Source: an uncultured Thermoanaerobaculia bacterium
GTDB taxonomy: Bacteria; Acidobacteriota; Thermoanaerobaculia; Multivoradales; SZUA-115
Reading direction: 5' to 3'
DNA length: 64,000 nt
Assembly (NCBI GenBank): GCA_964420075.1
Contig: CAYQRE010000022.1
Coordinates: forward strand, 5,825-69,824
This document shows positions 1 to 8,908 of this stretch, piece by piece. How positions within the stretch are numbered: the first letter of the stretch is position 1; the number at the start of each line of letters is the position of its first letter. The notes below the pieces were generated by a model. That model was given only the letters and a program-made list of their open reading frames with translations, was not told where the DNA came from and did no database searches. The position numbers and the translations under genes were made by a program.

Positions 1-449
1 ACCTGCCGCTGGCTCGCGTCCGCACGCTGCGGGAGATCCTCGACCGCTCGCTCGCCCGCACCTCGTTCACTGTCGTGATGCTCACCATCGCCTCGCTGGC
101 GGCGCTCATCTTGGGAGCGGTCGGGACCTACGGCGTGACCTCCTACGCTGCTTCGCAGCGCCTGCGGGAGATTGGCGTGCGAATGGCGCTTGGCGCCCAA
201 CGCACCGACGTGGCGCGGTTGATCCTCGCCCATGGCCTGGTGCTGGCTGGTGTTGGCGTCGCCCTCGGCCTGGCGGCGGCCGCCGCGGCCAGCCGGCTGC
301 TGGGCGCCGAGCTCTACGCGGTGAGCCCGCTCGATCCCCTGACCTTCGGTGCCGTGGGTACCGGCGTGGCTCTCATCGCGGTGCTGGCGAGCTACGCCCC
401 CGCACGCCGCGCCGCCAAGCTGGACCCCTTGGCGACGCTGCGGGGCTGA
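1..449 (+). CDS. ABC transporter permease, FtsX/MacB family (C-terminal fragment; 5' end outside window)
   Basis: The open frame runs from the window edge to the stop at 449. Its C-terminal 124 aa carry the typical FtsX-domain transmembrane helices and a conserved Arg/Gly loop (…SQRLREIGVRMALGA…) that end MacB-type permeases. Confidence 0.7.
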   Translation, partial: LPLARVRTLREILDRSLARTSFTVVMLTIASLAALILGAVGTYGVTSYAASQRLREIGVRMALGAQRTDVARLILAHGLVLAGVGVALGLAAAAAASRLLGAELYAVSPLDPLTFGAVGTGVALIAVLASYAPARRAAKLDPLATLRG

Positions 450-500
450 GCCGGTGGCGCAGGGCCCGATAGGATGGGGCGACGTCCCCGCGAGGTGCCC

Positions 501-2576
501 ATGCCGAATCTCGACCTCCGCCAGCTCGCTCCGGCTCTGCTGATCGCACTCCAGGGAGCGGCGCTGGCCGCTCCCGCCACCGCACAGCCGGCGGGGGAAG
601 CAGCCGCTGCGCCGGCGCCCACGCTTTGTCCCAGCGGCTCCGTGCCGGGCCGCGCCTACGGCTTCTACCTGGTGGGCAACCGGGCCGGCTTCCAGACCAC
701 GTGCACCGCGGCGGACGGCTCATTGTGGGTCGAGCACGCGTTCAACGACCGCGGCCGGGGGCCGTCGGTGCGCTACCAGGCCTGGCTGGACAGCGGTGGG
801 TTGCCCACCAGGGTGACCGTCGCGGGGAGCGACTACCTGAAGGGCCAAGTCGACGAGGCCTTCTCCCGCGAGGGGGAGCGCGCCACCTGGCACAACGCGG
901 TCGAGACCGGTGGGGCCGCGGCCCTCCCGCCGGCCTTCTATCTCGCCCAGGACGGCGTGCCGGCCGAGCTCGGGCTGCTGGCCCGCGCCCTCCTGGCGGC
1001 GCGCGGCGGCCAGCTGGCCCTCTGGCCGCAGGGGCGAGCCCGGATCGAGACCCTGGGTGAGCACAGCCTGGGACCGGCCGCAGCGCCGCGGCGGCTGCGT
1101 CTGGTGGCGATCTCCGGCCTGGGCTTCGACCCGGTGCGCCTGTGGCTCGATGCCGAAGGCCAGCTCTTCGCCCTCCTCGATGACGTCTCGGCCCTGGTCC
1201 CCGAGGGCGAGGAAGACCTCGTCCCGGCGTTGCGCGAGGCGCAGACGGCGGCGGAGGCCCAGCGGCGGCGCCAGCTCGCCGAGCGCTTCTCGCGGCGCCC
1301 GGCCGGTGGCCTGGTGCTCGAACACGCCAACCTCTTCGACAGCACGAGCGGACGCCTGCGACCCGCCACTTCGGTGGTGATCGAGGGCGACCGCATCGTG
1401 GCCGTGGGGGAGGACGGTCAAGTCGTCGTCCCGCCTGGCGCCGAGCGCATCGATGCTGCCGGCTGCACGCTCCTGCCCGGGTTGTGGGACATGCACTCCC
1501 ATCCCCGCCTCGACGACGGCCCGCTCTACCTCGTGGCCGGCGTGACCGGTGCCCGCGACATGGCGGCGGAGCCCGAGAAGGCGGCCAAGCTCGCCGCCTT
1601 CGACCGCGGCGAGGCGCTCGGGCCGCGCATCGCCCTCGCCGGGATCATCGACGGCAAGGGCCCGTACCAGGGGCCCACGCGGATGCTGGTGTCGACCGCG
1701 GCCGAGGCCCGGGCGGCGGTCGCGGAATATGCGCAGGCCGGCTTTCCGCTGATCAAGATCTACAGCTCGGTCAAGCCGGAGCTGATGCCGGTGCTGATCG
1801 AGGAGGCCCACCGGCGGGGGATGCGGGTGGCGGGCCACATCCCCGCTTTCGTCAGCACCGAGCAGGCGATACGCGCGGGCTTCGACGAGGTCACCCACAT
1901 CAACATGGTGTTCCTCAACTTCCTCTTCCCGCAGGTACAGGACACGCGGACCCCGGCCCGCTTCACGGCGGTCGCCGAGCACGCCGCCGAGCTCGACTTG
2001 GGCAGCCAGCCGGTGCGGGACTTCATCGCCCTGCTCCTGGAGCGCGGCGTGCGCGTCGACCCCACGCTGAGCGTCTTCGAGGACCTCTTCGTCGATCGGC
2101 CGGGCCAGGTGGCTCGGGCTTTCGCCGCGGTGGCCGACCGCTTGCCACCGACGGTCCGTCGCGGCCTCCTCGCCGGTGGGCTGCCCGTCCCGGAGGGGGC
2201 GGACGAGCGGTACCGCGCCTCCTTTGCGGCGCTCGAGAGGATGGTCCTGCTGCTCTACCGCTCCGGCGTGCCGCTGGTCGCCGGCACCGACGGCATGGCC
2301 GGCCTGGCCTTGCCGCACGAGCTCGAGCTCTATGTCGAAGCGGGCCTGCCGGCCCCCGAGGTGCTCCGCCTGGCGACCCAGGGAGCGGCGACGGCGGCGG
2401 GTTTCGGTGATCGTCTCGGCGCAGTCACGCCGGGCAAGCTCGCCGACCTGATCCTGGTCGACGGCGACCCCACCGTCCGCATCGGTGCGCTGCGGCAGCT
2501 GCGCTTGGTGATCAAGGACGGTGCTGTGATCGACCCCGCGGCCCTCGGTCGCGAGCTGGGGATCGTCCCGCCGTAG
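501..2576 (+). CDS. amidohydrolase-family protein (secreted/periplasmic)
   Basis: 700-aa ORF. The Met at 501 is followed by a signal-peptide-like stretch (LAPALLIALQGAALAAPATA). An internal HSHP…D metal-binding motif and the …AGTDG… motif are typical of amidohydrolase-superfamily enzymes. Confidence 0.75.
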   Translation: MPNLDLRQLAPALLIALQGAALAAPATAQPAGEAAAAPAPTLCPSGSVPGRAYGFYLVGNRAGFQTTCTAADGSLWVEHAFNDRGRGPSVRYQAWLDSGGLPTRVTVAGSDYLKGQVDEAFSREGERATWHNAVETGGAAALPPAFYLAQDGVPAELGLLARALLAARGGQLALWPQGRARIETLGEHSLGPAAAPRRLRLVAISGLGFDPVRLWLDAEGQLFALLDDVSALVPEGEEDLVPALREAQTAAEAQRRRQLAERFSRRPAGGLVLEHANLFDSTSGRLRPATSVVIEGDRIVAVGEDGQVVVPPGAERIDAAGCTLLPGLWDMHSHPRLDDGPLYLVAGVTGARDMAAEPEKAAKLAAFDRGEALGPRIALAGIIDGKGPYQGPTRMLVSTAAEARAAVAEYAQAGFPLIKIYSSVKPELMPVLIEEAHRRGMRVAGHIPAFVSTEQAIRAGFDEVTHINMVFLNFLFPQVQDTRTPARFTAVAEHAAELDLGSQPVRDFIALLLERGVRVDPTLSVFEDLFVDRPGQVARAFAAVADRLPPTVRRGLLAGGLPVPEGADERYRASFAALERMVLLLYRSGVPLVAGTDGMAGLALPHELELYVEAGLPAPEVLRLATQGAATAAGFGDRLGAVTPGKLADLILVDGDPTVRIGALRQLRLVIKDGAVIDPAALGRELGIVPP

Positions 2577-2581
2577 CGGGC

Positions 2582-3364
2582 TCAGCGTGGCGCGCCGCCG
2601 AGCCGGGCGAGCATCTCGGTTTCGCTGGGTGGGGAGAGCACGTTGCCGGCGGCGAAGGCGGCCGCCTGCGGGTAGGCGCTGGCGCGGAGCCGCGCCGCCG
2701 CTGCTTCGAGGTCATAGACCGTCCGCCGCAGCGCGATTCCGGGTCCCAGCCGCAGCCAGTAGGCGCCCGCTTCACCGAAGGGCATTCCCACGCTGCCGGC
2801 ATTGACCAGCTGGGTCCCTCCTCCGGGTGGCCCCGCCGGCACCCGCCGGGTGAACTGCATGTGGGTGTGGCCGCAAACCACCACCTCGGCCGCCACGGCC
2901 GCGAGCTCGGCACAGAGTACGTCCTCCGGGCTCAGGCAGGTGATGATCGTGGTGTCGCTCGCCGGCGTCGCATGGCAGAAGAGCACGCTGCCGAGGCCCT
3001 CGATCACGAGCTCGAGGCTTGCCGGCCAACTGGCGAGCTGGTCGATCTCCGCGGGCGTCAGGCGCTCGGCGCCCCAGCGGATGACCTCGCGCACCGCGGC
3101 TGGCAGCCCCGCGCCGTCACCGCCGCGGGCCAGCGCCAGGGTCTCGCGGTCGCCGTTGCCGCGCAGGAAGCGCAAGGGGAGCCCGCAGCCGAGCAGGGCT
3201 GTGAGGCACTCGCTGGCGAGGGGGCCGGGGAACACGTCACCTCCCACGACCACCAGCTCCACCCCTTCGTGCCGGACCTCGCCGAGCACCGCCTCGAGCG
3301 CCGGCAGGTTGCCGTGGATGTCGTAGAGCGCGGCGACCCGCCGGCAGCTCTCAGCGTTCACCAC
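2582..3364 (-). CDS. metallophosphoesterase-family protein
   Basis: 260 aa with the calcineurin-like phosphoesterase motifs (D-I-H-G-N, GDvf, GNgD, CGHTH). Confidence 0.75.
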   Translation of the reverse strand: MVNAESCRRVAALYDIHGNLPALEAVLGEVRHEGVELVVVGGDVFPGPLASECLTALLGCGLPLRFLRGNGDRETLALARGGDGAGLPAAVREVIRWGAERLTPAEIDQLASWPASLELVIEGLGSVLFCHATPASDTTIITCLSPEDVLCAELAAVAAEVVVCGHTHMQFTRRVPAGPPGGGTQLVNAGSVGMPFGEAGAYWLRLGPGIALRRTVYDLEAAAARLRASAYPQAAAFAAGNVLSPPSETEMLARLGGAPR

Positions 3365-3796
3365 GCCCGCCGTAGACCGTGGGGTCGTGCCGCTCCATGT
3401 AGCGCTGGGGAGTGGCGAGAGGCGTGAAGCCGAAGCGGGCGTAGAGGCCGTGGGCGTCCTGGGTGACCAGCACCCACCGCCGCAGGCCCTGCAGGGATGG
3501 ATGCGCCACGATGGTCTCCATCAGCTGCTTTCCCAAGCCGCGGCCGCGGTGGGAGGGCAGGATGAAGACATCCGCGAGGTAGGCGAAGGTGGCGCTGTCG
3601 GTGATCACCCGCGCGAAGCCGACCTGGCGCCTGCCGTCGTAGACCCCGAAGCAGAGTGAGCCGGCGACCGCCCGCTCCAGGGTGGCGAGCGGGACCCCCT
3701 TCGCCCAGTACGAGCTGGCGAGAAAGCCGTGGACGGTCACCAGGTCGAGGCGGGTCGGGTCGGAGTCGATGCTGATGCCGTTCTGGGCGGGCATGC
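3351..3796 (-). CDS. GNAT family N-acetyltransferase
   Basis: The C-terminal 148 aa of ORF 3351..4046 carry the acetyl-CoA-binding motif (…HRGRGLGKQLME…). I chose the internal Met (MPAQNG…) as start; the upstream part of the ORF is low-complexity Arg/Pro. Confidence 0.7.
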
Positions 3797-4168
3797 GCGT
3801 GCCCTCCTCGGAGGATGGTGGGAGGAGCATGCCGCCGAGGATACGCCGAACCCAGGCCTGGCGACCGGGGCCGTTTGGGCCGGGGTCGCATGGCCCGGGC
3901 CGGGGCGGACCGCGGCGCCGGGGCGCTGCTGCCCCACGGCTTCGCGTCGCGAGCGGGTGTATTCTCCCTCGAACATTCGTTGAATGGTTGCGGAGTGTCG
4001 CGTCTGGAAGCGATTCGTCTCTCTGGGCGCAACGGGAAGACCACACACTGGCGTTTCGGCGTTGGAGAGATGCTCTTCGGGTGGGCTATATTCTGTTCAC
4101 GCGAAACTCTCTTCGCGAAAAAGCTTTGGTGCTCGCGATGAGCGCCGGGCCGGCTGAAAGGAGCCGCT

Positions 4169-4411
4169 ATGCGCAGCGTTCTGGCTGTCAGTGTCTTGGT
4201 GGGAGTTCTCGCCGCTTCGGGCTTCGGGGCGGTGGAGCCTTCATGGCTGCAGGTCGACGGCATGGGGTTTCTGGCCAGGGTCATAGCCAGGCTCGCCAGC
4301 CTCCACGAGAAGGAGGGTTCGCAGACGGATCCCTGGGGAGTGGCATGCCCGCTCTGCGGCTGCACCCGTGAGGCGCCCGCGACAGGGGCCGGCCCGCAGC
4401 CGATGCGCTGA
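4169..4411 (+). CDS. small hypothetical secreted protein (80 aa)
   Basis: Strong RBS AAAGGAG 6 nt upstream of the ATG. N-terminal signal-peptide-like segment (MRSVLAVSVLVGVLAASGFGA). CPLCGC motif. It sits in an AT-rich intergenic island. Confidence 0.35.
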   Translation: MRSVLAVSVLVGVLAASGFGAVEPSWLQVDGMGFLARVIARLASLHEKEGSQTDPWGVACPLCGCTREAPATGAGPQPMR

Positions 4412-4491
4412 TCGCTCTCTCGGGCGTCGCTGTCCCCGTGGAATGCCTCTTCATGCACTACACTTACAAACAAATTCCGCGTGGAGGAGGC

Positions 4492-5796
4492 ATGGGGGGA
4501 CATCTGTCGCGCTGGCGCGTTCTCGAGCTCGTGGCGCAGGGAGAACCGACCCGGCGCGATCTCGAGGAGGTGCTAGAACATCTTTTCGAGGCGTGTGACG
4601 TCTGCCGGGCCGAGCTCGAGGCGGCCGCCGCGCTCGGGCAGCCTGGCGGCGCGGCGCCGCCGCGGCTGAACCTGCGCCGGCCGCAGCTGGCCGCCTGGGC
4701 GCGCTTCGCCCTGACCGCTCCCGGGGAGGCCGCGGAGATCCTCGCCCTGCCGGCGGCCGAGCGGCACCCGCGGATCTCACGCGCCTTCACCCGCTTCCGC
4801 AACCCGGTGCTGGCGGACCTCCTCCTCGAAGAGAGCCGGCGGCGGATGACCGACGACCCGGCGGAAGCCTACGACCTCGCCGAATGCGCCCAGGAGATTG
4901 CTCTGCGCCTGCCCGAGCGAGAAGTACCGCATGCCCTGGCGATCGCCTGTCTCGCCCGCGCCAACGCCTACCGTGCCAATGCGCTGCGCATCGGAGGACA
5001 GCTCACCCAGGCCGAGAGGCTGCTGCAGAACGCCGTCGCGCTGTTCGCCGAGCAAGGCACGGGAGATCCCCTCATCGAAGCGGAGCTCCTGGAGCTCTCC
5101 GCATCCCTTGCCCGCGGCCAGCGCAAGCTCGCGGACGCGGAGAAGTACCTCGCCGCCGCCGAGAGGTTGTACGTCGACTTCGACGAGCTCGTGGCCTGCA
5201 GCCGCGTCCAGGTCCTCAAGGGCGCCGTCCTCTTCGAGAACGGCGACCTCGAAGGCTCACTGGCGGCGGCGCTCACGGCTCTCGGCCGCCTCGACCCGGC
5301 CGCTGAGCCGTACCTCGCCCTCTGCGCAGCGCACAACGCCGCGGACTGTCTTGCCGAGCTCGGACGGGCCACAGAAGCGCGCCAGATGCTCCGCGACCAC
5401 GACGGTCTCTACGCCGCTTATCCCGGCCACGTGATCGCCGTTCAGCGTCTCTGGGTAGAGGGGAAGCTCGACCGTCTCGAAGAGCGCTGGGAGGCGGCGC
5501 AGGCCCGCTTCGTTGCCGTCAAGGAACGCTTCGAAGCGCTCGCTCGCCCCTATGATGCCGGGCTCGTCTCGGTGGATCTGGCCCACCTCCACCTAGCGCA
5601 GGGCAACCTCGGCGCGGTCCGCGAGCTGGCGGCGGAGATGGTCGAGGTCTTCCTCCAGGCCGACGTGCATCGCGAGGCGCTGGCTGCCGTCTACCTCTTC
5701 CAGGAATCGTTGCGGCAAGAGGCCGTCTCGCTGGTCGTGCTCGGGGAGCTCAAGGCCCGCCTCCGGCAGGTCCGTGGGCTGCGCGGGGACGGCTGA
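4492..5796 (+). CDS. hypothetical regulatory-type protein (Cys-containing N-terminus, helical-repeat body)
   Basis: GGAGGAGG RBS directly upstream of the ATG at 4492. N-terminus HLFEACDVCRAEL is zinc-finger/anti-sigma-like. Long Ala/Leu-rich, TPR-like helical repeats. No family assigned. Confidence 0.55.
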   Translation: MGGHLSRWRVLELVAQGEPTRRDLEEVLEHLFEACDVCRAELEAAAALGQPGGAAPPRLNLRRPQLAAWARFALTAPGEAAEILALPAAERHPRISRAFTRFRNPVLADLLLEESRRRMTDDPAEAYDLAECAQEIALRLPEREVPHALAIACLARANAYRANALRIGGQLTQAERLLQNAVALFAEQGTGDPLIEAELLELSASLARGQRKLADAEKYLAAAERLYVDFDELVACSRVQVLKGAVLFENGDLEGSLAAALTALGRLDPAAEPYLALCAAHNAADCLAELGRATEARQMLRDHDGLYAAYPGHVIAVQRLWVEGKLDRLEERWEAAQARFVAVKERFEALARPYDAGLVSVDLAHLHLAQGNLGAVRELAAEMVEVFLQADVHREALAAVYLFQESLRQEAVSLVVLGELKARLRQVRGLRGDG

Positions 5797-5845
5797 GAGA
5801 GCCGCGGGTCTTGAGCAGCAGACACCACAAACAGGAGGTCGTCCG

Positions 5846-6505
5846 ATGGTCCGTGCCTCGACAGTCGTTCTCGCGGTGGTCCTGGCAGTCCTCGCCGTAG
5901 TCCCGGCGGACGCCGGCACGATCGATCCGTTCACCACGCTGCAGGCCCTGTCGGTGAGCGACAACAAGGCCCAGCAATCGACCGTCAGCGCGCCGCTGGC
6001 CCTGGGCGGCCAGCGCCTGGGCAGCATCATGCTCTTCGGCACGGGCTCGCTGTCGCTCAGCATCGGCAGCGGGGCGGCGACCTATTCGCTGGCGGCCAGT
6101 GCCAGCCAGGGCGGCCGGATCGGCTGGCTCTGGTACGTCAACCCGTCGGCGCCGGTCACCCCCGTCGACCTCACCGCGGGCGGCACGCTCAACGCCTTCC
6201 AGATCGAGGTGCTCGGCACCACGGGGCCGGTTACCGTGCAGGTCGACGCCCTCGATGCCGACATGGTCTTCGACTCGGTGGCGACCGTCGTCACCTCGAA
6301 GCCGGCGCAGCCGCTGGTCTTCGATTTCTCGAGCTTCATCGCTCCGAGCAAGCCGGTGAAGGTCGATTTCACTCGGATCATTGGCGTTCAGTTGGAGTTC
6401 GACCTGCGGGGGAACCAGTCCGGGCTGCTGAAGCTCGGGCCCCTCACCACGGTCAAGAACCCTGCCTCGCCCGCTGCCGACAAGGCTCCAGCCTCACCGC
6501 AGTGA
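5846..6505 (+). CDS. hypothetical secreted protein
   Basis: AGGAGG RBS upstream. Signal peptide (MVRASTVVLAVVLAVLAVVPADA). Ser/Thr/Gly-rich beta-type sequence. Confidence 0.55.
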   Translation: MVRASTVVLAVVLAVLAVVPADAGTIDPFTTLQALSVSDNKAQQSTVSAPLALGGQRLGSIMLFGTGSLSLSIGSGAATYSLAASASQGGRIGWLWYVNPSAPVTPVDLTAGGTLNAFQIEVLGTTGPVTVQVDALDADMVFDSVATVVTSKPAQPLVFDFSSFIAPSKPVKVDFTRIIGVQLEFDLRGNQSGLLKLGPLTTVKNPASPAADKAPASPQ

Positions 6506-6549
6506 CGGCGCCGGGCGACGACGCAGCGAAGCGACGACGGGAGACTGCC

Positions 6550-6939
6550 ATGCAGGCCGAGACAGCTGCCTACAACGCCGCCCTGGCAGCGGAGGAGAGG
6601 GCGATCTGCGATCTCCTCGCCCGCGAGATCGATCAGCACCTCCCGGAGGCGGAGAACAAGATCTGGCACGCCCATCCGGTGTGGTTCCTGGACGGCAACC
6701 CGGTGGTCGGCTACAGCAAGCTGAAGGGCGGCATCCGCCTGCTGTTCTGGAGCGGGCAGTCTTTCGCCGAGGAGGGGCTGCAGAAGGAAGGCAGCTTCAA
6801 GGCGGCGGAAGCGCGCTTCACGGCGCCGGGCCAGGTGGACACCACGAGCCTCGAGCGTTGGCTGGCCAAGGCGCGGGACATCCAGTGGGACTACAAGAAC
6901 CTGGTCCGCCGCAAGGGCGTGCTGGAACGGCTCAAGTAG
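6550..6939 (+). CDS. DUF1801 (YdhG-like) domain protein
   Basis: 130-aa product with the conserved …KIWHAHPVWFLDGNPVVGYSKLKGGIRLLFWSG… block typical of DUF1801. Confidence 0.65.
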   Translation: MQAETAAYNAALAAEERAICDLLAREIDQHLPEAENKIWHAHPVWFLDGNPVVGYSKLKGGIRLLFWSGQSFAEEGLQKEGSFKAAEARFTAPGQVDTTSLERWLAKARDIQWDYKNLVRRKGVLERLK

Positions 6940-7086
6940 GCGCCCGCCGCGGCGTGGTCTGGCGGCCTCGCCACGAAAGACCGCGCCCGGCGCGGGCGTA
7001 TTGACTCCAGAGATCAGCAGAGATCAGCCCGAGGTCCGCCCGTGGCCGGCACGGCCGGCGCGAGCGGCAAGAAAGGCAGAGGGTCG

Positions 7087-7788
7087 ATGGAGATCACCCC
7101 GCAGCAGCGCACCTATGCCCGGCTCGCCGGGGCCCTGTTCCTCCTCAACTACCTCTTCCAGGGGATCGGCGACAGCGTCACCATCCTCAACCGGCGCGGC
7201 GAGACCTTCGCCGAGACGGCGCGCTGGGCAGCGGAGTCGGCCGGGCTCTACCGCCTGGCGTTGGTGCACGTCGGGGCCGCCTGGATCGCCATCGCCGTCC
7301 TGGCCTTCGCGCTCTACGCCGTCCTCGAAGGGGTGGACAGGCGTCTCGCGCAGCTCGCCCTCTGCCTGCGGCTGGGCGCCTCGTTCGTGGGGGCGGCGAG
7401 CTTGATGTTCCGCGTCGCGGAAGGGCGGCTTTACCAGACCTCGGCGACGGAAGGGCCCTTCAATTCCGAGCAGCTGCGGGCCTTGGTGGCGGTGGCCCAG
7501 CGTGCGGCCGGCGCCGGCGTCACCACCGCCTGGATGTTCATGGGCGCCGGCTCGGTCCTCTTCTTCCTCCTCTTCTGGCGCTCGCGCTACCTGCCACGAG
7601 CGCTGGCTGGCTGCGGCGTCGTCGCCTCCGCCCTGGTGATCGTGATGAGCGTCGCAATGTTCGTCGATCCCGCGCACACCAACGCCCTCAAGCTGGTGGG
7701 CGGACCGCTCTTCCTCACCGAGGTGGCGACGGCGCTCTGGCTCCTCGTCAAGGGCCTGCCCACGCCGGCAACGCCCACCGCGGCCTAG
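7087..7788 (+). CDS. DUF4386-like integral membrane protein
   Basis: Several predicted TM helices. C-terminal …ALWLLVKGL. It is a paralog of the minus-strand ORF 21774..22463, with a shared C-terminal LWLL[VA]KG motif. Confidence 0.6.
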   Translation: MEITPQQRTYARLAGALFLLNYLFQGIGDSVTILNRRGETFAETARWAAESAGLYRLALVHVGAAWIAIAVLAFALYAVLEGVDRRLAQLALCLRLGASFVGAASLMFRVAEGRLYQTSATEGPFNSEQLRALVAVAQRAAGAGVTTAWMFMGAGSVLFFLLFWRSRYLPRALAGCGVVASALVIVMSVAMFVDPAHTNALKLVGGPLFLTEVATALWLLVKGLPTPATPTAA

Positions 7789-7879
7789 CTCCGCCCTGTT
7801 TCGCCGTTCTGCCGGACGACGCCGGCCGGCTCTCGGCGGGCCGAGGGCCTTCGGCCGGTGGTCGGGGTCCTGCGAGCGT

Positions 7880-7943
7880 GCTGTCTACTGTCTGTCTAGA
7901 AGATAATATTGACATTAGATGGACGCATCGCTAGTCTCTCGCC
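7880..7943 (+). promoter_or_regulatory. AT-rich promoter/operator region upstream of the CarH-like regulator
   Basis: A local GC drop holding direct TGTCT repeats (ctgtctactgtctgtctag) followed by a TTGACA -35-like hexamer, just 5' of the regulator gene. Confidence 0.35.
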
Positions 7944-8864
7944 ATGGTCGAGCCCGCGGAGCAGGACGTCCCCCGCCATCCGATCGGCGTCGTCACGGCG
8001 CGGACGGGGCTCTCGAGCCATGTGCTGCGAGCCTGGGAGCGGCGTTACGGGGTGGTCCAGCCCGGCCGCGGCGCGACAGGCCGGCGGCTCTACTCTGATG
8101 CGGAAGTCGAGCGGCTGGCCCTCCTCTCGAGCGCGACGCGCTCGGGAAGGCCAGTGGCATCGGTGGTCTCGTTGGACACCAAGGCGCTGCGGGCGTTGGT
8201 CGCCGAGGACGCCGAGCACGCCCGCCAGGGGCCGCCGCCGGCGGCCTGGCACCGCGAGCAGGCGATGCTCGCCGCGCGTGCCCTGGAGCCCGAGCGTCTG
8301 GAGAGGCTCTTGCGGCGCGCGTTGCTGGCGTTGGGAACGGTCGGCTTTCTCGCCGACGTCCTGGCGCCACTGCTGGCCGAGATCGGCAGCGAATGGAACG
8401 CCGGGCAGATCGGGATCGCCGAGGAACACGCTGCAACGGCGACCATCTCGCAGCTGCTCGGTCGGCTGGTCCGCGACCTCGAGCTACCCGAGGCGCAGCC
8501 GCGCTTGTTGCTGGCCACGCCCCAGGGCGAGCGGCACTCGCTCGGTGCGCTGATGGCTGCCGCGGTCGCCGCGCATGACGGCTGGCGGGTGACCTGGCTG
8601 GGCGCGGACCTCCCCGCGGCCGAGATCGCCACGGCGGCGCGGCAGGGCCGCGCGCACGTCGTCGCGCTGAGCGTCGCCACGATGGCGGATGGCCTGGAGA
8701 CAGAGATCGCGGCCTTGCGCCGCGAGCTCGCCCCGCACGTTTGGGTCGTCGTCGGCGGGGCAGGGGCGGCGTCGCTCGGCGAGTCGGCGGGCCTCAGCTG
8801 CGTGCGGGACCTGGCTCACTGGCGGTCGTTGCTGCGCATGCACGCGGCGCGGGGTGGGGAGTAG
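7944..8864 (+). CDS. MerR-family transcriptional regulator with C-terminal cobalamin(B12)-binding domain (CarH/LitR-like light-responsive regulator)
   Basis: N-terminal MerR helix-turn-helix (IGVVTARTGLSSHVLRAWERRYGV). C-terminal B12-binding Rossmann-like region (…LLATPQGERHSLGALMAAAVAAHDGWRVTWLGADLP…). Confidence 0.8.
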   Translation: MVEPAEQDVPRHPIGVVTARTGLSSHVLRAWERRYGVVQPGRGATGRRLYSDAEVERLALLSSATRSGRPVASVVSLDTKALRALVAEDAEHARQGPPPAAWHREQAMLAARALEPERLERLLRRALLALGTVGFLADVLAPLLAEIGSEWNAGQIGIAEEHAATATISQLLGRLVRDLELPEAQPRLLLATPQGERHSLGALMAAAVAAHDGWRVTWLGADLPAAEIATAARQGRAHVVALSVATMADGLETEIAALRRELAPHVWVVVGGAGAASLGESAGLSCVRDLAHWRSLLRMHAARGGE

Positions 8865-8908
8865 GCGGTGTGGGGCGTCGCCCCGGTGCGGCGGGCGGAG
8901 GTGGCCTG

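Noticed and set aside
720-2318. 532-aa minus-strand ORF antisense to the amidohydrolase gene
   Set aside because: No recognisable domain and an Arg/Gly/Pro-biased product. The sense-strand gene carries clear family motifs.
3358-4503. 381-aa minus-strand ORF overlapping the GNAT gene and the AT-rich island
   Set aside because: Low-complexity product that conflicts with the GNAT gene in another frame.
8741-8908. Upstream extension of the FAD oxidoreductase ORF (starts at 8741 in the track)
   Set aside because: The extension is Arg/Gly-rich and overlaps the regulator gene. The dinucleotide-binding motif begins right at the Met at 8909, which also has an RBS.
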